This document shows positions 1 through 10,320 of a stretch of DNA of 64,000 nt, one piece after another (position 1 is the stretch's first letter; every line of letters begins with the position of its first letter). Under the pieces are notes generated by a model. That model ran no database searches. It worked only from the letters and a program-made list of their open reading frames with translations, and was not told the origin of the DNA. The stretch lies in NCBI GenBank assembly GCA_963760795.1, contig CAVXEP010000032.1, forward strand, positions 192,001 through 256,000, read 5' to 3'. The translations under genes were made by a program, and so were the position numbers. The DNA is from an uncultured delta proteobacterium (GTDB lineage Bacteria > Desulfobacterota > Binatia > UBA9968).

Positions 1-144
1 GCGCATATCGACTGTTGCTGATCTCCAAATTCAAATCGAGCAAGGGGTTGACTAGTCGTTCGTTCAAAGCGTCGTCAGCTCGGGCCGGCAGTCGGTGCTC
101 CGACCGCGTCTTAACCGCTGCGAAGGCAACTTTCGTAATGGGAA

Positions 145-238
145 ATCTCAGTACATAGGGCGAAATCGTCAAGCCGACCTGCTTGGCCACCTTGTGATGG
201 ATGACCAGATCGAACTTAGTGGGAGGTCCGACCGGATC
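145..238 (-). pseudogene. Remnant C-terminus of an ABC transporter substrate-binding protein
   Basis: Minus strand reads DPVGPPTKFDLVIHHKVAKQVGLTISPYVL, matching the family tail ([27 protein letters not shown]). No N-terminal part is present. Confidence 0.6.
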
Positions 239-1795
239 TCAGCAGTATTGGCGACTCGAGGATCTCATGTTGCGCGAGATGGTGTGCTTGTTGGACTGCG
301 AGCGCTTGAAGGGCGAGGCACCTTCAGCTGTTTCAAGCGGTCTGTGCGCCTGGTAGACAACGACACAGTCACCCCCGGCATGCTTGGCGTCATACATGGC
401 CTTGTCCGCGGCTTGGAGCAATTCAGCAGCCGTGGAACCATGTTCTGGCGCGCTGGCAATGCCGGCCGATATTGTTATGTCTGGTCTTGGAGCGCCGTTC
501 TGAGTAGGTAATTCTGCGACCAGAGCAAGTATCTGCTCCATGCGTTGCTCGGTGTCCGCCACCGATGAATCGGGCAGCACCACAACGAACTCGTCGCCCC
601 CATAGCGGCACGAGATATCGCTCTTGCGCAGCTTATCGCGGATCATGTTTCCCAATTGGCGTAAAAGCGAATCGCCGGCATCATGGCCGAAAGTGTCGTT
701 GAATGGTTTGAAGTTGTCGAGGTCGAGCATCACGACACAGAGCGGCGATTTGCTACGCCTTCCTCGATGCAACTCGCGCGATAGGCTTTCGTCTAAATAG
801 CGCCGATTGCACATGCCGGTCAGCGGATCATGGGTCGCCTGTTCTCGCAATTCGTCTCTTAGCCTCAAACTATACAAGCACTGCTTGATCGTTTGTCCCG
901 CAGTCACGGCCACGCGTTGCCTAGCGCTCGAACCCACCGTTCCCAGCCCGCCAGTTAGATACAACAGTCCGCTGGTTCCGCTCGCGACTATCAAAGGTAC
1001 GCACAAATAACCTGCCTGTGGATCATGGACAAAGTGATGGCACAGTAAATCCACCCGGGGATCGCTCACTTCGTGCAATTTACCGCGCCGTAACGCCCAA
1101 CAATCCTCTAATGAAAAACTGGGCACTAGCGCTGTCTCATCGCCCCAACGCGCGACCGTCTCCATGGTTTGATCCCTGGGATGCAACATGGCCAAACAAC
1201 CACTCTCCCCGGCGAATAATTCGGGTGCCACGAGAGCAACCACCTGATAGGCCTCGGCCTGGGTTGTGCAGCTTTGCAGCAGCTCGTTGAGATGGATGAG
1301 CGACTTCATTTCCTCGTCGCGTTTTAGCAATTGCGCCACTGAAGCGCGCAACTCCCCGTTGGCTGTCCTTATAATCTCCTCGTTCCGACGGCGGGCCGTG
1401 ACATCGCGGATGTGACATTGGATCTCGTGGCAGTCATTGACCAGGTAGACATTGCCGACAAATTCCACCTGGATGTGTTGTCCGCTTTTGGTTTCCAACG
1501 GCAAATTTTCGTAACGGACGTATTCCTTGTTTTGCAATTGGCGCATAACGTCCTGGGTGGCGTTAATATCTTTGACCGGGCCGATCTCCCAGAGGGCCTT
1601 GCCAAGCAACTCCTGCAGACTATATCCCAGCATGTCTTGCAGGAATGGGTTGGCGTCGGTGATCCGTCCCGTATCCCCATCCAAGATAATGATGCCATCC
1701 TTGGCCGTCTCGAAAAGTCGCCGGTAGCGAGTTTCGCTATCGTGCGACTTGTTGCGCTTCCTATTTCGCTCAATGACTATCTCGGTCTCTTCCAA
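239..1795 (-). CDS. PAS-GAF-GGDEF diguanylate cyclase
   Basis: PAS (YRRLFETAKDGIIILD), GAF-like middle, DPLTG..NRR, DLDNFKPFNDTFGHDAGD, RYGGDEF. Start placed at TTG 1795 behind a GGGAG RBS; the ORF track starts at 1861. Confidence 0.9.
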   Translation of the reverse strand: MEETEIVIERNRKRNKSHDSETRYRRLFETAKDGIIILDGDTGRITDANPFLQDMLGYSLQELLGKALWEIGPVKDINATQDVMRQLQNKEYVRYENLPLETKSGQHIQVEFVGNVYLVNDCHEIQCHIRDVTARRRNEEIIRTANGELRASVAQLLKRDEEMKSLIHLNELLQSCTTQAEAYQVVALVAPELFAGESGCLAMLHPRDQTMETVARWGDETALVPSFSLEDCWALRRGKLHEVSDPRVDLLCHHFVHDPQAGYLCVPLIVASGTSGLLYLTGGLGTVGSSARQRVAVTAGQTIKQCLYSLRLRDELREQATHDPLTGMCNRRYLDESLSRELHRGRRSKSPLCVVMLDLDNFKPFNDTFGHDAGDSLLRQLGNMIRDKLRKSDISCRYGGDEFVVVLPDSSVADTEQRMEQILALVAELPTQNGAPRPDITISAGIASAPEHGSTAAELLQAADKAMYDAKHAGGDCVVVYQAHRPLETAEGASPFKRSQSNKHTISRNMRSSSRQYC

Positions 1796-2520
1796 TGTAG
1801 GACTCCCTTTTCGGCAAGAGCAATGTGCCGTAGAACAAATCATCGGATTCACTGCCGGCATATTTGAGTGGACTGTTTTCTCCCCAGTACGAGTCTATAT
1901 GGTTGCCCAACGCAAGTGCTGGTCCAAAGAGGAAACTCAGCAGCATTTATCGCAAACCGCTAATTTTTTTAGGATAGAAAAGCAGTTAAGGGGCGTGCTG
2001 TACGCTCAGATCTGAAGGAACCTACAGAGATAAACTGGCCGCATAGAAGGAGGTAACAGTTGACTTGGTGATGTCAGTTACGTCCGCTTCAGAGCACTGT
2101 TATTCCTTTTGTCTCCATCCTGAGTGTCGTGAATGTGTCGGAAATTTCCTCTAGCATTCTCTCCTGCTGTAAGTTTTGGGTCGGAAAAAGCATCAGCCGC
2201 TTCACATATTTTTCAGAAAAAAACTATCGGACTACGCAGACTTCAATTCCGTAACCGTGATCAGTAGGATGTGCCACAGAATAAAGCGGTGTCCCAATAC
2301 TGAGGCAAAAAAATATAAACTCTGCTCCAGCCGTGGGACAAATCGCCAAGTTCAAATCTAAGGCAACGCAACGAATTATGCTAACCTTTCCAACTATCGA
2401 CACCAATAGAATTCCGATGTAACCGCACCGACACGCGCCGCTTTTTAGGTTCAACCGGGGACTTGCGCCGCTGTTACGACGAAGAGCGGCGGGATTGGGA
2501 AGGAGACTCACCAATCGATT

Positions 2521-2943
2521 TTACAAGTGGTAGATTACCGCGGTTGAAAAGGAAATTGCGACGTTGCACTGGCTTCGTATATGCTTTCGCAGCAGGGTTT
2601 CTAGCTCGGAGAATTTAAACGGCTTGTGCAAAACTTCTACGGCGCCGGCTACGATGGCTCGGTTTACTCTGCGGCTGGCATCGTAAGCCGTACAGATAAT
2701 AACCGGTATCTCCCTTGTAGAAGGTAGATTTTTTAACTGCACGATTGCCTCCTCACCACTCATTTTGGGCATACTTAGGTCCATTAGGATGAGGTCGGGT
2801 TTCTCAGCGAGTGCCTCCTCTATTGCTGCAGCTCCATTGTCGGCCTCAATCACCTCATACCCCAGACGCCTGATGACGACGGCCTGTAGCTCTCGGCAAT
2901 CCTCATTGTCTTCGACTATAAGAATTTTTTTGTTGGTGTTCAC
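2521..2943 (-). CDS. Single-domain response regulator (CheY-like receiver)
   Basis: ILIVEDNED, PDLILMDLSMPKMSG, IICTA, KPF receiver motifs. Confidence 0.9.
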   Translation of the reverse strand: MNTNKKILIVEDNEDCRELQAVVIRRLGYEVIEADNGAAAIEEALAEKPDLILMDLSMPKMSGEEAIVQLKNLPSTREIPVIICTAYDASRRVNRAIVAGAVEVLHKPFKFSELETLLRKHIRSQCNVAISFSTAVIYHL

Positions 2944-3060
2944 TCACGAATGTGAAACAAGCAGTAATTATGCCGTACAAGACTACTGGTTGCTCAACGC
3001 TACGGTGCATGGTGCAGTACTCACTCCTGAAATCTAAATTTTAGAGTTGTTGCCGAGGCC

Positions 3061-3190
3061 AAATCTCGCCGTCGACGAGCGTGCCGGTCGGCAGAAGTTC
3101 ACCTGCCTTGGCAATTGCTGGGAACTGAGACGTAGGGCATTCCCTCTGCGCGACCATAGACTCACACCGGCGCGGGATTTGACCGCGATC
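3061..3190 (-). pseudogene. ATP-dependent DNA ligase (LigD-type) fragment
   Basis: Close nucleotide similarity to 45585-45700 (atctcgccgtcgac.agcgtgccggtcggcagaagttcac.tgc.ttggcaattgc.gggaactgagacgt). Encodes GVSLWSRRGNAL; frameshifted and truncated. Confidence 0.8.
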
Positions 3191-3311
3191 ACGAGTGACA
3201 AAGTAAGGGGGGACAAAAACAGAGAGTCTGGCTAGCGGCTAAGTTGCGGGAGTTACAGCGCCGCTGCCGAGTGCCTTAATCCATATCTGAAAAGTCCTGA
3301 CTATCGGCGGG

Positions 3312-4253
3312 TTACCGCGACCGGGCGGTTAACCCTTGCTCCTTGAACCACGCAGCGACCGCTTGCCGTAGACTCGCGCTTCGCAGCGCGCCGCCGACGA
3401 TGTCGAAGGTGTTGGCGAGTTTTCCCGCCAAATCCGCGCGGCTGTGCTTGAATCCACTGCTGCGCATGAGAGCGACGGGGTGGTCCAGAGCTTTCATGAA
3501 ACCGTACTCGAGGGCGACGTTAGGATTCAATTCGCTGGCGACCTCGTCCTCCAGGACGGCGATCCCATACTTGGAACCGATGATGTACACACAGATGTTT
3601 TCCCAAAGCTGGTCGTGATAGCCCTGCAGGTCGGCTCGTCTCGCCTCGAGGCCGTGGCGGGCCGCCTGGGAGCTGATCACCTCCCAGACATCGTTGAGGA
3701 GCCGGATATGCCGTGCCGGCATACTCGTCTTGTCTGGGAATTTCATCATGACGAAGACGTTGCGCTCGAACGGAGAGTCTTCGCAGAAGCGGCGGACTTG
3801 TGGGCTAAGGTGCTCGTACCCTGATGGCACGGTAACACCAAGCAGGGCAGCTGAGCGTCGGAGGTGAGCCGTAACCGCCTCGTCGATCTTTTTGACGGCC
3901 TTGCGGATCTCACGTGTTGAGCTCGAAGGAATGCGAATGGCGTAGATGTCCTGAACCACCGGGTGAATAGGCAGGTCACCGACAATCACTGGAATGAGGA
4001 AGCGGCGCGACGATGCACGCGCCGAACCGATCTCGGAAAACACAAACGGGGAGCCCACCGCGTTCGCGGTTAATAGCACCACGACGCCGTCGCAGAGCAG
4101 CAACTTGTCCATCAGCTCCCGCCGCCACTCGATTCCCGGCACCAACGAATCGACGTCAATAGCGATCTGATGGCCAAAAGCACGGAGCTGCGCTGTCAGC
4201 TGCAACGCAAGGTGGCGATCCCTCGAGCTATAAGTGATGTACAGACGGGCCAT
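3312..4253 (-). CDS. TIR domain fused to a C-terminal nucleoside 2-deoxyribosyltransferase/TIR-like domain; candidate defence effector
   Basis: N-terminal LYITYSSRD...GIEWRRELMDKL..CDGVVVLLTANAVGSPFVFSEIGSA (TIR_2 with catalytic Glu). C-terminal VFVMMKF...ARRAD...ELNPNVALEYGFMKAL. ATG 4253 with GGAGGG RBS. Confidence 0.8.
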   Translation of the reverse strand: MARLYITYSSRDRHLALQLTAQLRAFGHQIAIDVDSLVPGIEWRRELMDKLLLCDGVVVLLTANAVGSPFVFSEIGSARASSRRFLIPVIVGDLPIHPVVQDIYAIRIPSSSTREIRKAVKKIDEAVTAHLRRSAALLGVTVPSGYEHLSPQVRRFCEDSPFERNVFVMMKFPDKTSMPARHIRLLNDVWEVISSQAARHGLEARRADLQGYHDQLWENICVYIIGSKYGIAVLEDEVASELNPNVALEYGFMKALDHPVALMRSSGFKHSRADLAGKLANTFDIVGGALRSASLRQAVAAWFKEQGLTARSR

Positions 4254-4435
4254 CGTGCCCTCCAATCGGCAATGGCATTTCGCTGCGATCGATGACTGAA
4301 TGCTTCGACAAGCCACCGCGTCGGCGGCCGATGGCCCGGCGGCATTGACACCGCTCTAGGCTAACAACTGTCCATCCACGTTCACTCGGGTCATGACGAT
4401 ATCGCCTATTCGCGCGGACCGGCCGCTCTCCCGAC

Positions 4436-6317
4436 TCATAAATCCAACGCCAACCGCTTCTCCCGGCAGTAGTTCGAAATCGCTTCAAGGAATGGCTGTC
4501 CGATATCCGCTAGTTTCTTTTCACCGACGCCGCGAATATTCAGCAGTGCGCTAGCGGAGCCCGGCCGCGTGCGCGCCATGTCGCGCAATGTTGCGTCGTT
4601 GAATAGGACGTAGGCCGGCACGCCGCGTTGATCGGCGAGCTTTCGACGCAAAGCCCGCAGCGCTTCAAATAAACCTTCGTCGACATTTGCCCAGGACTGC
4701 TCGTCGAAGCGAGTCTTCTTCACCTTCGCTTTGATTTTCGGCTGCAAAAGCTTGACGGTGCGTTGGCCTTTGAGTACTTCCCGGGAGGCGTCGTTGAGGC
4801 GCAGCACGGGATAATCTTCGTCGGTGCGATCGAGCAGACCATTGTCGATGAGCTGGTAAAGCATGTTCGTCAAAGTTTTGCGGTCGGTGTCTTTCATCAA
4901 CCCATGGGTGCTGAGCTTTTCGTGTTCCCAGCGGCGCACTCGCTCGGTGTTGGCGCCTGCCAGGACATCGACGATATGGGCGATGCCGAAGCGTTCGCCG
5001 GCGCGGGCGACGCAGGAAAGGATCTTCTGCGCCGTCACTGTCGCGTCGGCGAGACCTTCGACTTCACTGAGACAGACATCACAGGCTTCGCAATTGGGTT
5101 TTGGGTAGGCTTGGCCAAAGTATTCAGACAGCTTGCTTATGGCGGCAGTGCGCAACGCCGCAGATCTGGCGCATGTGCTCGAGCAGTTGGCGCGAGGCGG
5201 CGATGGATTCCGGCGTCGCGTCCGCGTCGTTGGCGTTGCGCGCAATCAGCGAGTCCCAGCGCAGCACGTCGGCGGCGGAGTAGAGCAGCACGCACTCCGC
5301 TTCCAAACCGTCGCGGCCGGCGCGGCCGGTTTCCTGCTGGTAGTGCTCCACCGACTTCGGCATGGCGGCGTGGATGACGCAGCGCACGTCGCTGCGGTCG
5401 ATACCCATGCCGAAGGCGACGGTGGCGGCGACCACGTCGAGAGCTTCGGAAGCGAACTCTTCCTGGGTGCGCCGACGCTGGTCGGGTTCCATGCCGGCGT
5501 GATAATGGGCCGCGCGAATTTTATTGGATTGGAGAAATGACGCCATCGACTCGGTGTCGTTGCGGCTCAGGCAGTAAACGATCGCCGCCTGATTGGCGTG
5601 GCGCTGCAAGATTTCCAAAACTTGCGCGCGCGCGTCGACGCGCGGCACGATACGATAAACCAAGTTGGGCCGGTCGAAGGTGCCGACCAGCAGCTCGGGA
5701 TTGCGCAGTTTCAACTGCTGGGCGATGTCGAGGCGGACTCTTTCCGTAGCCGTCGCGGTGTAGGCATGCAGGCTGGCCTTGGGAAAATGTTTTTTCAGTT
5801 CGGCCAGGCGGCGGTATTCAGGTCTGAAGTCATGGCCCCAATGGCTGATGCAATGCGCTTCGTCGATGGCGAAGGCGTGAATTTTGATCTTCTCGGCGAG
5901 CTCCATGAAATGCGGCGTAAGCAAGCGCTCCGGCGCGACGAACAGCAAACGATAGCGCCCGGCGAGAAACTGCGCTTCGGTTTCGTGCACCGCGTGGGAC
6001 GGCATGCCGCTATAAAGCGCGGCGGCGGGATAGCCGCACTCGCGCAGGCCGTCGACCTGGTCTTTCATCAGCGAGATCAGCGGCGAAATAACAATATCGG
6101 TGCGCTTCGCCACGGCGGCGGGGATTTGGTAGCACAGCGACTTGCCGCCGCCGGTGGGCATGACGACCAGCGAGTCGCGGTGTGCCAACTCTGCCTGGAT
6201 CGCCTGCTCTTGCAGCGGCCGCAGCTCGTTGTAGCCCCAGTAGCGGCGCAGGGTCTCGAGGATGTCGGGATTTGTCGAATCTGTGGTTGATTGCTCGCGT
6301 TTCACACCATCATTCAA
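4436..6317 (-). CDS. recQ: ATP-dependent DNA helicase RecQ (one frameshift near 5130)
   Basis: MPTGGGKSLCYQ, DEAHCISHWGHDFRPEY, VATVAFGMGID, QETGRAGRDG. Continues in a second frame with LSEYFGQ..CEACDVC, RQC and HRDC (VPAYVLFNDATL). Confidence 0.93.
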
Positions 6318-6434
6318 AACACGAGATACGTCATAGAGTCAATGCAGTGAAGTTGAGGCAACGCGGATCAGCCAGCAGTAAGAATGAGATCGTGGAAAGC
6401 GATTGTGAATTTGGAATCTGCACTCTGAAATATT

Positions 6435-7145
6435 TCAGATCCCTTCCCCCGAGCCGCGTTGCCGGTAGATCGGCGTGCGGTTCCACTCCAACGCTTCCTG
6501 GATTTTGCGCGGCAGGGGAGGATGGCGCGAGGTCATGAACTGGATGAATTCGTCCCGCGAGGCGATGGTCAGGCGCGGATTTTTTTGTTTTTCGTCGCCG
6601 AGGGTCGACACCGCTTCGCGATAGTCGTGGCCGGGATAGACGCGCAGGTCGTTGCCTAGCGCTTGCAAGCGGCGCAGGCTGTCCCATTGCTGTTCGGCGC
6701 TGCCGCCGGGCAAATCTGTACGGCCGCAACCGCCGATGAGCAAGGTGTCGCCGGTGAAGATGCGGTCGTCGAACAGCAGGCACATGGCGTCTTGGGTATG
6801 ACCCGGTGTGTAGATGACTTTTAACCTCTGCGTGCCGAAGCGAATTTCCTCGCCGTCCTCGACTCTGATATCGACGTAAGGCGCGTCGGTGGCGCGATGC
6901 ATGATGACCTTGACGTCGTATCGTTCGCGCATAAGCTTGCAGGCCGAGTTGTGGTCGGCGTGGGTGTGGGTGTCGATGGCATAGACTAGTTTCGCCCCGA
7001 AGAATTTTACCAAACCGGCGTAGTCGTCGGCCTTATCGATCTCGGGGTCGATGACGATGCAAGTTTTTTCCTGGGCGCAACCGAGCACATAGGACAGGCA
7101 GCCGCTGGAGCGAATTTGTTCGAAGAGGATCTCGTTGCCACTCAT
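6435..7145 (-). CDS. MBL-fold metallohydrolase, persulfide dioxygenase (ETHE1)-like
   Basis: DTHTHADHNS, TPGHT, FTGDTLLIGGCGRTD, YPGHDY. Confidence 0.85.
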   Translation of the reverse strand: MSGNEILFEQIRSSGCLSYVLGCAQEKTCIVIDPEIDKADDYAGLVKFFGAKLVYAIDTHTHADHNSACKLMRERYDVKVIMHRATDAPYVDIRVEDGEEIRFGTQRLKVIYTPGHTQDAMCLLFDDRIFTGDTLLIGGCGRTDLPGGSAEQQWDSLRRLQALGNDLRVYPGHDYREAVSTLGDEKQKNPRLTIASRDEFIQFMTSRHPPLPRKIQEALEWNRTPIYRQRGSGEGI

Positions 7146-7204
7146 TTGGATTTGTGGTTAGTCAGGTGTCTGTTTGATTAGTGTGTCGCGTGCGGTTTGC
7201 TTTG

Positions 7205-7277
7205 TTCACCACGAAGGCACCAAGATCACGAAGTTCGGAATTAAAATTATCCGAACCCTTCGTGTCTTCGTGGTTAA
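7205..7277. repeat. Intergenic REP-like palindrome (CACGAAG 9-mer family), copy 1
   Basis: ttcaccacgaaggcaccaagatcacgaagttcgga...tccgaacccttcgtgtcttcgtggttaa. Related copies at 54994, 57591, 60995. Confidence 0.85.
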
Positions 7278-7310
7278 GACATCTTCACCATAAATCTGGA
7301 ATAACCAAAT

Positions 7311-7874
7311 TTACCGCGCCGGCACCGGGATGATCGTGCCTTTCTCCAGGTTGAATCGGCTGCGGTTGATCTTATCCAGATCGTAGCTGAGAAAGCGGAA
7401 AACCACGCCCGGTCCTTGGGCCGCATGGGTCGAGTGGATGTCGCCAGTGACATAGGGGACGACTACTCCGGCGGTAAGCGTATCGAGGCGTTCTTTTTCG
7501 AGAGCGCATTTGCTCGGCTGCGAGCCGTCGTCAGTGCGTTTGTATTTGGTGATCTCAGTGACGCCGCTGAAGGCGCCATAAACCACCCAGCAAGGGCCAT
7601 GGTCATGGGGCGCGTTGCCGTGGCCTTGTTTGTGCACATGGCCCATTTGAATGAAACCATGGTCGGGATCGCGATGCAGCTCGCGGGAGGGTTTGCCGTC
7701 GCGAATGATCTCGGCCATCCAGGGGTCGTCGGGGCTGGTCGAGGCGAAGAGTTTTTCCATCAGTCCAGCCACTTTGTAGGGCAGCTGCGGGTCCTTGCCA
7801 TCGCCCCAGACGGCGCGCACCTCGGCGATATACCGGTCAAAAGTGTTTTCCGCTTTGCGTTCCTGTACAGCCAT
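7311..7874 (-). CDS. Cupin, cysteine dioxygenase-like protein
   Basis: PHDHGPCWVVYG and GDIHSTH His motifs. ATG 7874 with GGAGG RBS. Confidence 0.7.
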   Translation of the reverse strand: MAVQERKAENTFDRYIAEVRAVWGDGKDPQLPYKVAGLMEKLFASTSPDDPWMAEIIRDGKPSRELHRDPDHGFIQMGHVHKQGHGNAPHDHGPCWVVYGAFSGVTEITKYKRTDDGSQPSKCALEKERLDTLTAGVVVPYVTGDIHSTHAAQGPGVVFRFLSYDLDKINRSRFNLEKGTIIPVPAR

Positions 7875-8191
7875 AGAACCTCCTAAATATGAAACTCTAG
7901 ATAACACTTTTCACGCCGTCGCGTCTAGCGCGGCGTAGTCGATTGACAGTCAAGCCAAGCTTTCGCCAAGCAGTATCATGCGGAAGCTAACGAGGCGAAT
8001 TGCAAAGGTTCTATGGCTGTTGTGTGCGCTTCGGCGCTGTTGGCTGTTGGTGGTTTGGGCACAGCGACGGGCACAGTTTGGGCACATGGGCGCGCCCCCC
8101 GTACCCCATGGGCGCGGAGGGGACCCGCCTTCAGCCATTGCAATCATAAAAGGCCCCAATTCCCGCTTGTGAAAAACTATAAAAGCGATTT

Positions 8192-8533
8192 ATGGCCAAA
8201 CGCACTGAAACAAACGTCGCCGTTCTCGTTCAAGTCATGGCCGACTTAGGCTTCGATCAAGAAACCATCGGCAAGGTGACCGGCGTACCGCTACGGACGA
8301 TCAACGACATTGCCAATCGGCGCGGCTACTGGCGCTATACAGCCGAGTTTAACGAGCTGCGAGAGTCGTACAGGCTTCACCTTAGAAAATTCATCCTAGA
8401 CGACGCCATGGCGCTTAGCCTTATGGTTCAGAAGCGGTTCGAGGAGTTGATAGTCGGGGCGGACACAATGACTGCGGCGACCATTTACAGTGTCCTTATG
8501 CGGGCAACTTCAAGGATGGACGAAATGAGGTAA
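8192..8533 (+). CDS. HTH-containing hypothetical protein
   Basis: GFDQETIGKVTGVPLRTINDIA is helix-turn-helix-like; directly followed by an xis-like ORF. Confidence 0.55.
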   Translation: MAKRTETNVAVLVQVMADLGFDQETIGKVTGVPLRTINDIANRRGYWRYTAEFNELRESYRLHLRKFILDDAMALSLMVQKRFEELIVGADTMTAATIYSVLMRATSRMDEMR

Positions 8534-8541
8534 GCATAATC

Positions 8542-8718
8542 ATGGAAACTGAAAAGTATCTCAGCACCAGCCAGCTAATGGACTTCCTGGAAATATCGCG
8601 CAGCACGGTCTATAGGCTCATGGCCAAGGGTATGCCGAATATCATGGTTGGAAGTGTGCATCGGTTCCCTAGAGGTCGGGTGGTAATTTGGCTGGAGAAT
8701 CAGCGGGCAACAAATTGA
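8542..8718 (+). CDS. Excisionase-family (HTH_17/AlpA-like) DNA-binding protein, 58 aa
   Basis: Not in the ORF track. METEKYLSTSQLMDFLEISRSTVYRLMAKGMPNIMVGSVHRFPRGRVVIWLENQRATN; GAGG RBS upstream. Confidence 0.8.
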   Translation: METEKYLSTSQLMDFLEISRSTVYRLMAKGMPNIMVGSVHRFPRGRVVIWLENQRATN

Positions 8719-8879
8719 ATGACATAGAAAACCGCGATGACGGATTTGCTGGATGGAGAATTGAGTTCAATTAGAACATTAACGACCAGCGCTTGAGCCG
8801 CGGGAAACTGTTCCTCAGAAAAGCGAAAAGTATCGCGCTCTTCTGACCGGGACAGCGGTTAATGCCGTGCGCGTCTGCC

Positions 8880-9038
8880 TCAGAATTTTTTAGTTGCTTT
8901 GCCTATCAGAAAGATTCCCGCAAGCAGACCGATCGTAGCGAAGAGAGCTAATCCAGGAAATTCGCGAATGTGGTAGATACCAAAAACGCCCACGATGATG
9001 AGGAGCACGCCGCCGATAATCTGAGTCGTCGAGTTCAT
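8880..9038 (-). CDS. 52-aa two-TM small membrane protein
   Basis: Not in the ORF track. MNSTTQIIGGVLLIIVGVFGIYHIREFPGLALFATIGLLAGIFLIGKATKKF; GGGAGG RBS. Confidence 0.65.
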   Translation of the reverse strand: MNSTTQIIGGVLLIIVGVFGIYHIREFPGLALFATIGLLAGIFLIGKATKKF

Positions 9039-9085
9039 GTCCTAGACCTCCCTGGTTTATTAGCGCCTTTGCCGAACGCTTGAGC

Positions 9086-9125
9086 AAAAAAAGGCCGACC
9101 GGAAAGCTGAGTTTCCTGGTCGGCC
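9086..9125 (-). terminator. Intrinsic terminator
   Basis: Minus-strand hairpin GGCCGACCAGGAAA-ctcagc-TTTCCGGTCGGCC followed by T7. Confidence 0.7.
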
Positions 9126-9186
9126 CATTGTCCGACTGGTTAGGTTTGTTTCAAACCAACCCTTCGGAAAATCGTCAGACTGCGCA

Positions 9187-9215
9187 CTTATAGAAATGGC
9201 TCGGTCGGTTGTCAA
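9187..9215 (-). promoter_or_regulatory. Sigma70-type promoter
   Basis: TTGACA (9215-9210), 17 bp spacer, TATAAG (9192-9187). Confidence 0.65.
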
Positions 9216-9596
9216 GAGGTCTAGTTGTGCCCTAGGGTTTTCTCGACGTTGTTTTTCAGGGCAAAGACAACACCCGTTCGGCGCAAAATAAGCGCGCCGA
9301 GCGCGCGCATTTCGCGGGCTAAAAACGGGTAAATAACTGAGTCACGTTAGTAGCGTCACTTTCCCGACAAGACCTCTTGATTGAGCTAGTTTTTTGGCTT
9401 AACTGGAAGAGAGAAGCTGAGGTCTTGTTCAGTGGTCAAGCCGTGCCCTATAACTGCTAACGGCGCTGAGTGCCGTGTTGAAACCACCGAAGAACCAAAT
9501 CGCGGGCCGCTTCGCGTCTCTCACCCAGCGCCGTCATCTGAAGCGCTAGGTGGAGTCGGTTTTTAGGATGTTCTAGTGGCGCCCTGCCTATTCTAG

Positions 9597-10079
9597 CTCT
9601 ACCTCGTTGGAGACATTCACCAGCCACTTCACTCGGTGCAACTATTCACGACCGACTACCCCAACGGTGATCGGGGCGGTAACTTGATTTGTATACGACC
9701 GAGCGAGAAGAGCCGGGCCATCGACCTTCATCGTTTATGGGATGGCCTGCTAACATCGAGCAATAAATTTACACAGGTCAGGAATACGGCGCCGCTGCTT
9801 AGGTATCGTCCAGAGTTTTCCAAGAGCCAACTCGGTGAACTGTCGAGCACTGACTATGAGTCTTGGGCGAAAGAGAGCTTCAATATCGCGGCGAAGATCG
9901 CTTACCAGAACGGCGCTATACCGGGCACATCAAAAGGTGAGGCGAAGGAGTGCAGCACCGTCTCAAACGTGAAGGTTTTGCATTCGGGTTACGCACGAAC
10001 GGCTGGTCATATCGCGGATCGCCGGATCATGCTGGCGGGCTTCCGGCTTGCTGATTTGTTGAAGCGCGATTTTCACTAA
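9597..10079 (+). pseudogene. S1/P1 nuclease, C-terminal fragment
   Basis: YLVGDIHQPLH, GDRGGN, DLHRLWD, AGFRLADLL motifs. In-frame stop just upstream; N-terminus absent. Confidence 0.8.
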
Positions 10080-10320
10080 ACACTCCGACGATTGACATGC
10101 GCGCCGGTTCGGCGATAAAACTCCCGTCAGAAAAAAAGGTGGTTTAAATTTCCTATACTCTCGTTGCGCAGCCGGAAGGCATAAAGAAAATCGATTGCTT
10201 GGGATTCGTGCGCTTTCTCATGGACGACGATTACAAGTAGATCCGCTTTTAGATTAACGAATAGCTCGCCCCCGAGACCAGGAGAGGCAGTATGTCAAAC
10301 AACCCTAGCAGGAGGTCTAC

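Noticed and set aside
6420-6440. TGA stop of the MBL gene (and other TGA stops) as selenocysteine
   Set aside because: No recognisable conserved sequence continues after these stops and they do not fall at conserved Cys positions.
7205-7277. CACGAAG repeats as a CRISPR array
   Set aside because: Units are 9 bp, palindromic and dispersed; there are no unique spacers or cas genes.
9086-9180. c-di-GMP-I (GEMM) riboswitch
   Set aside because: A GAAA-containing hairpin is present, but the GCAAA and GACGCAAAG core motifs are not; kept only as an unknown RNA candidate.
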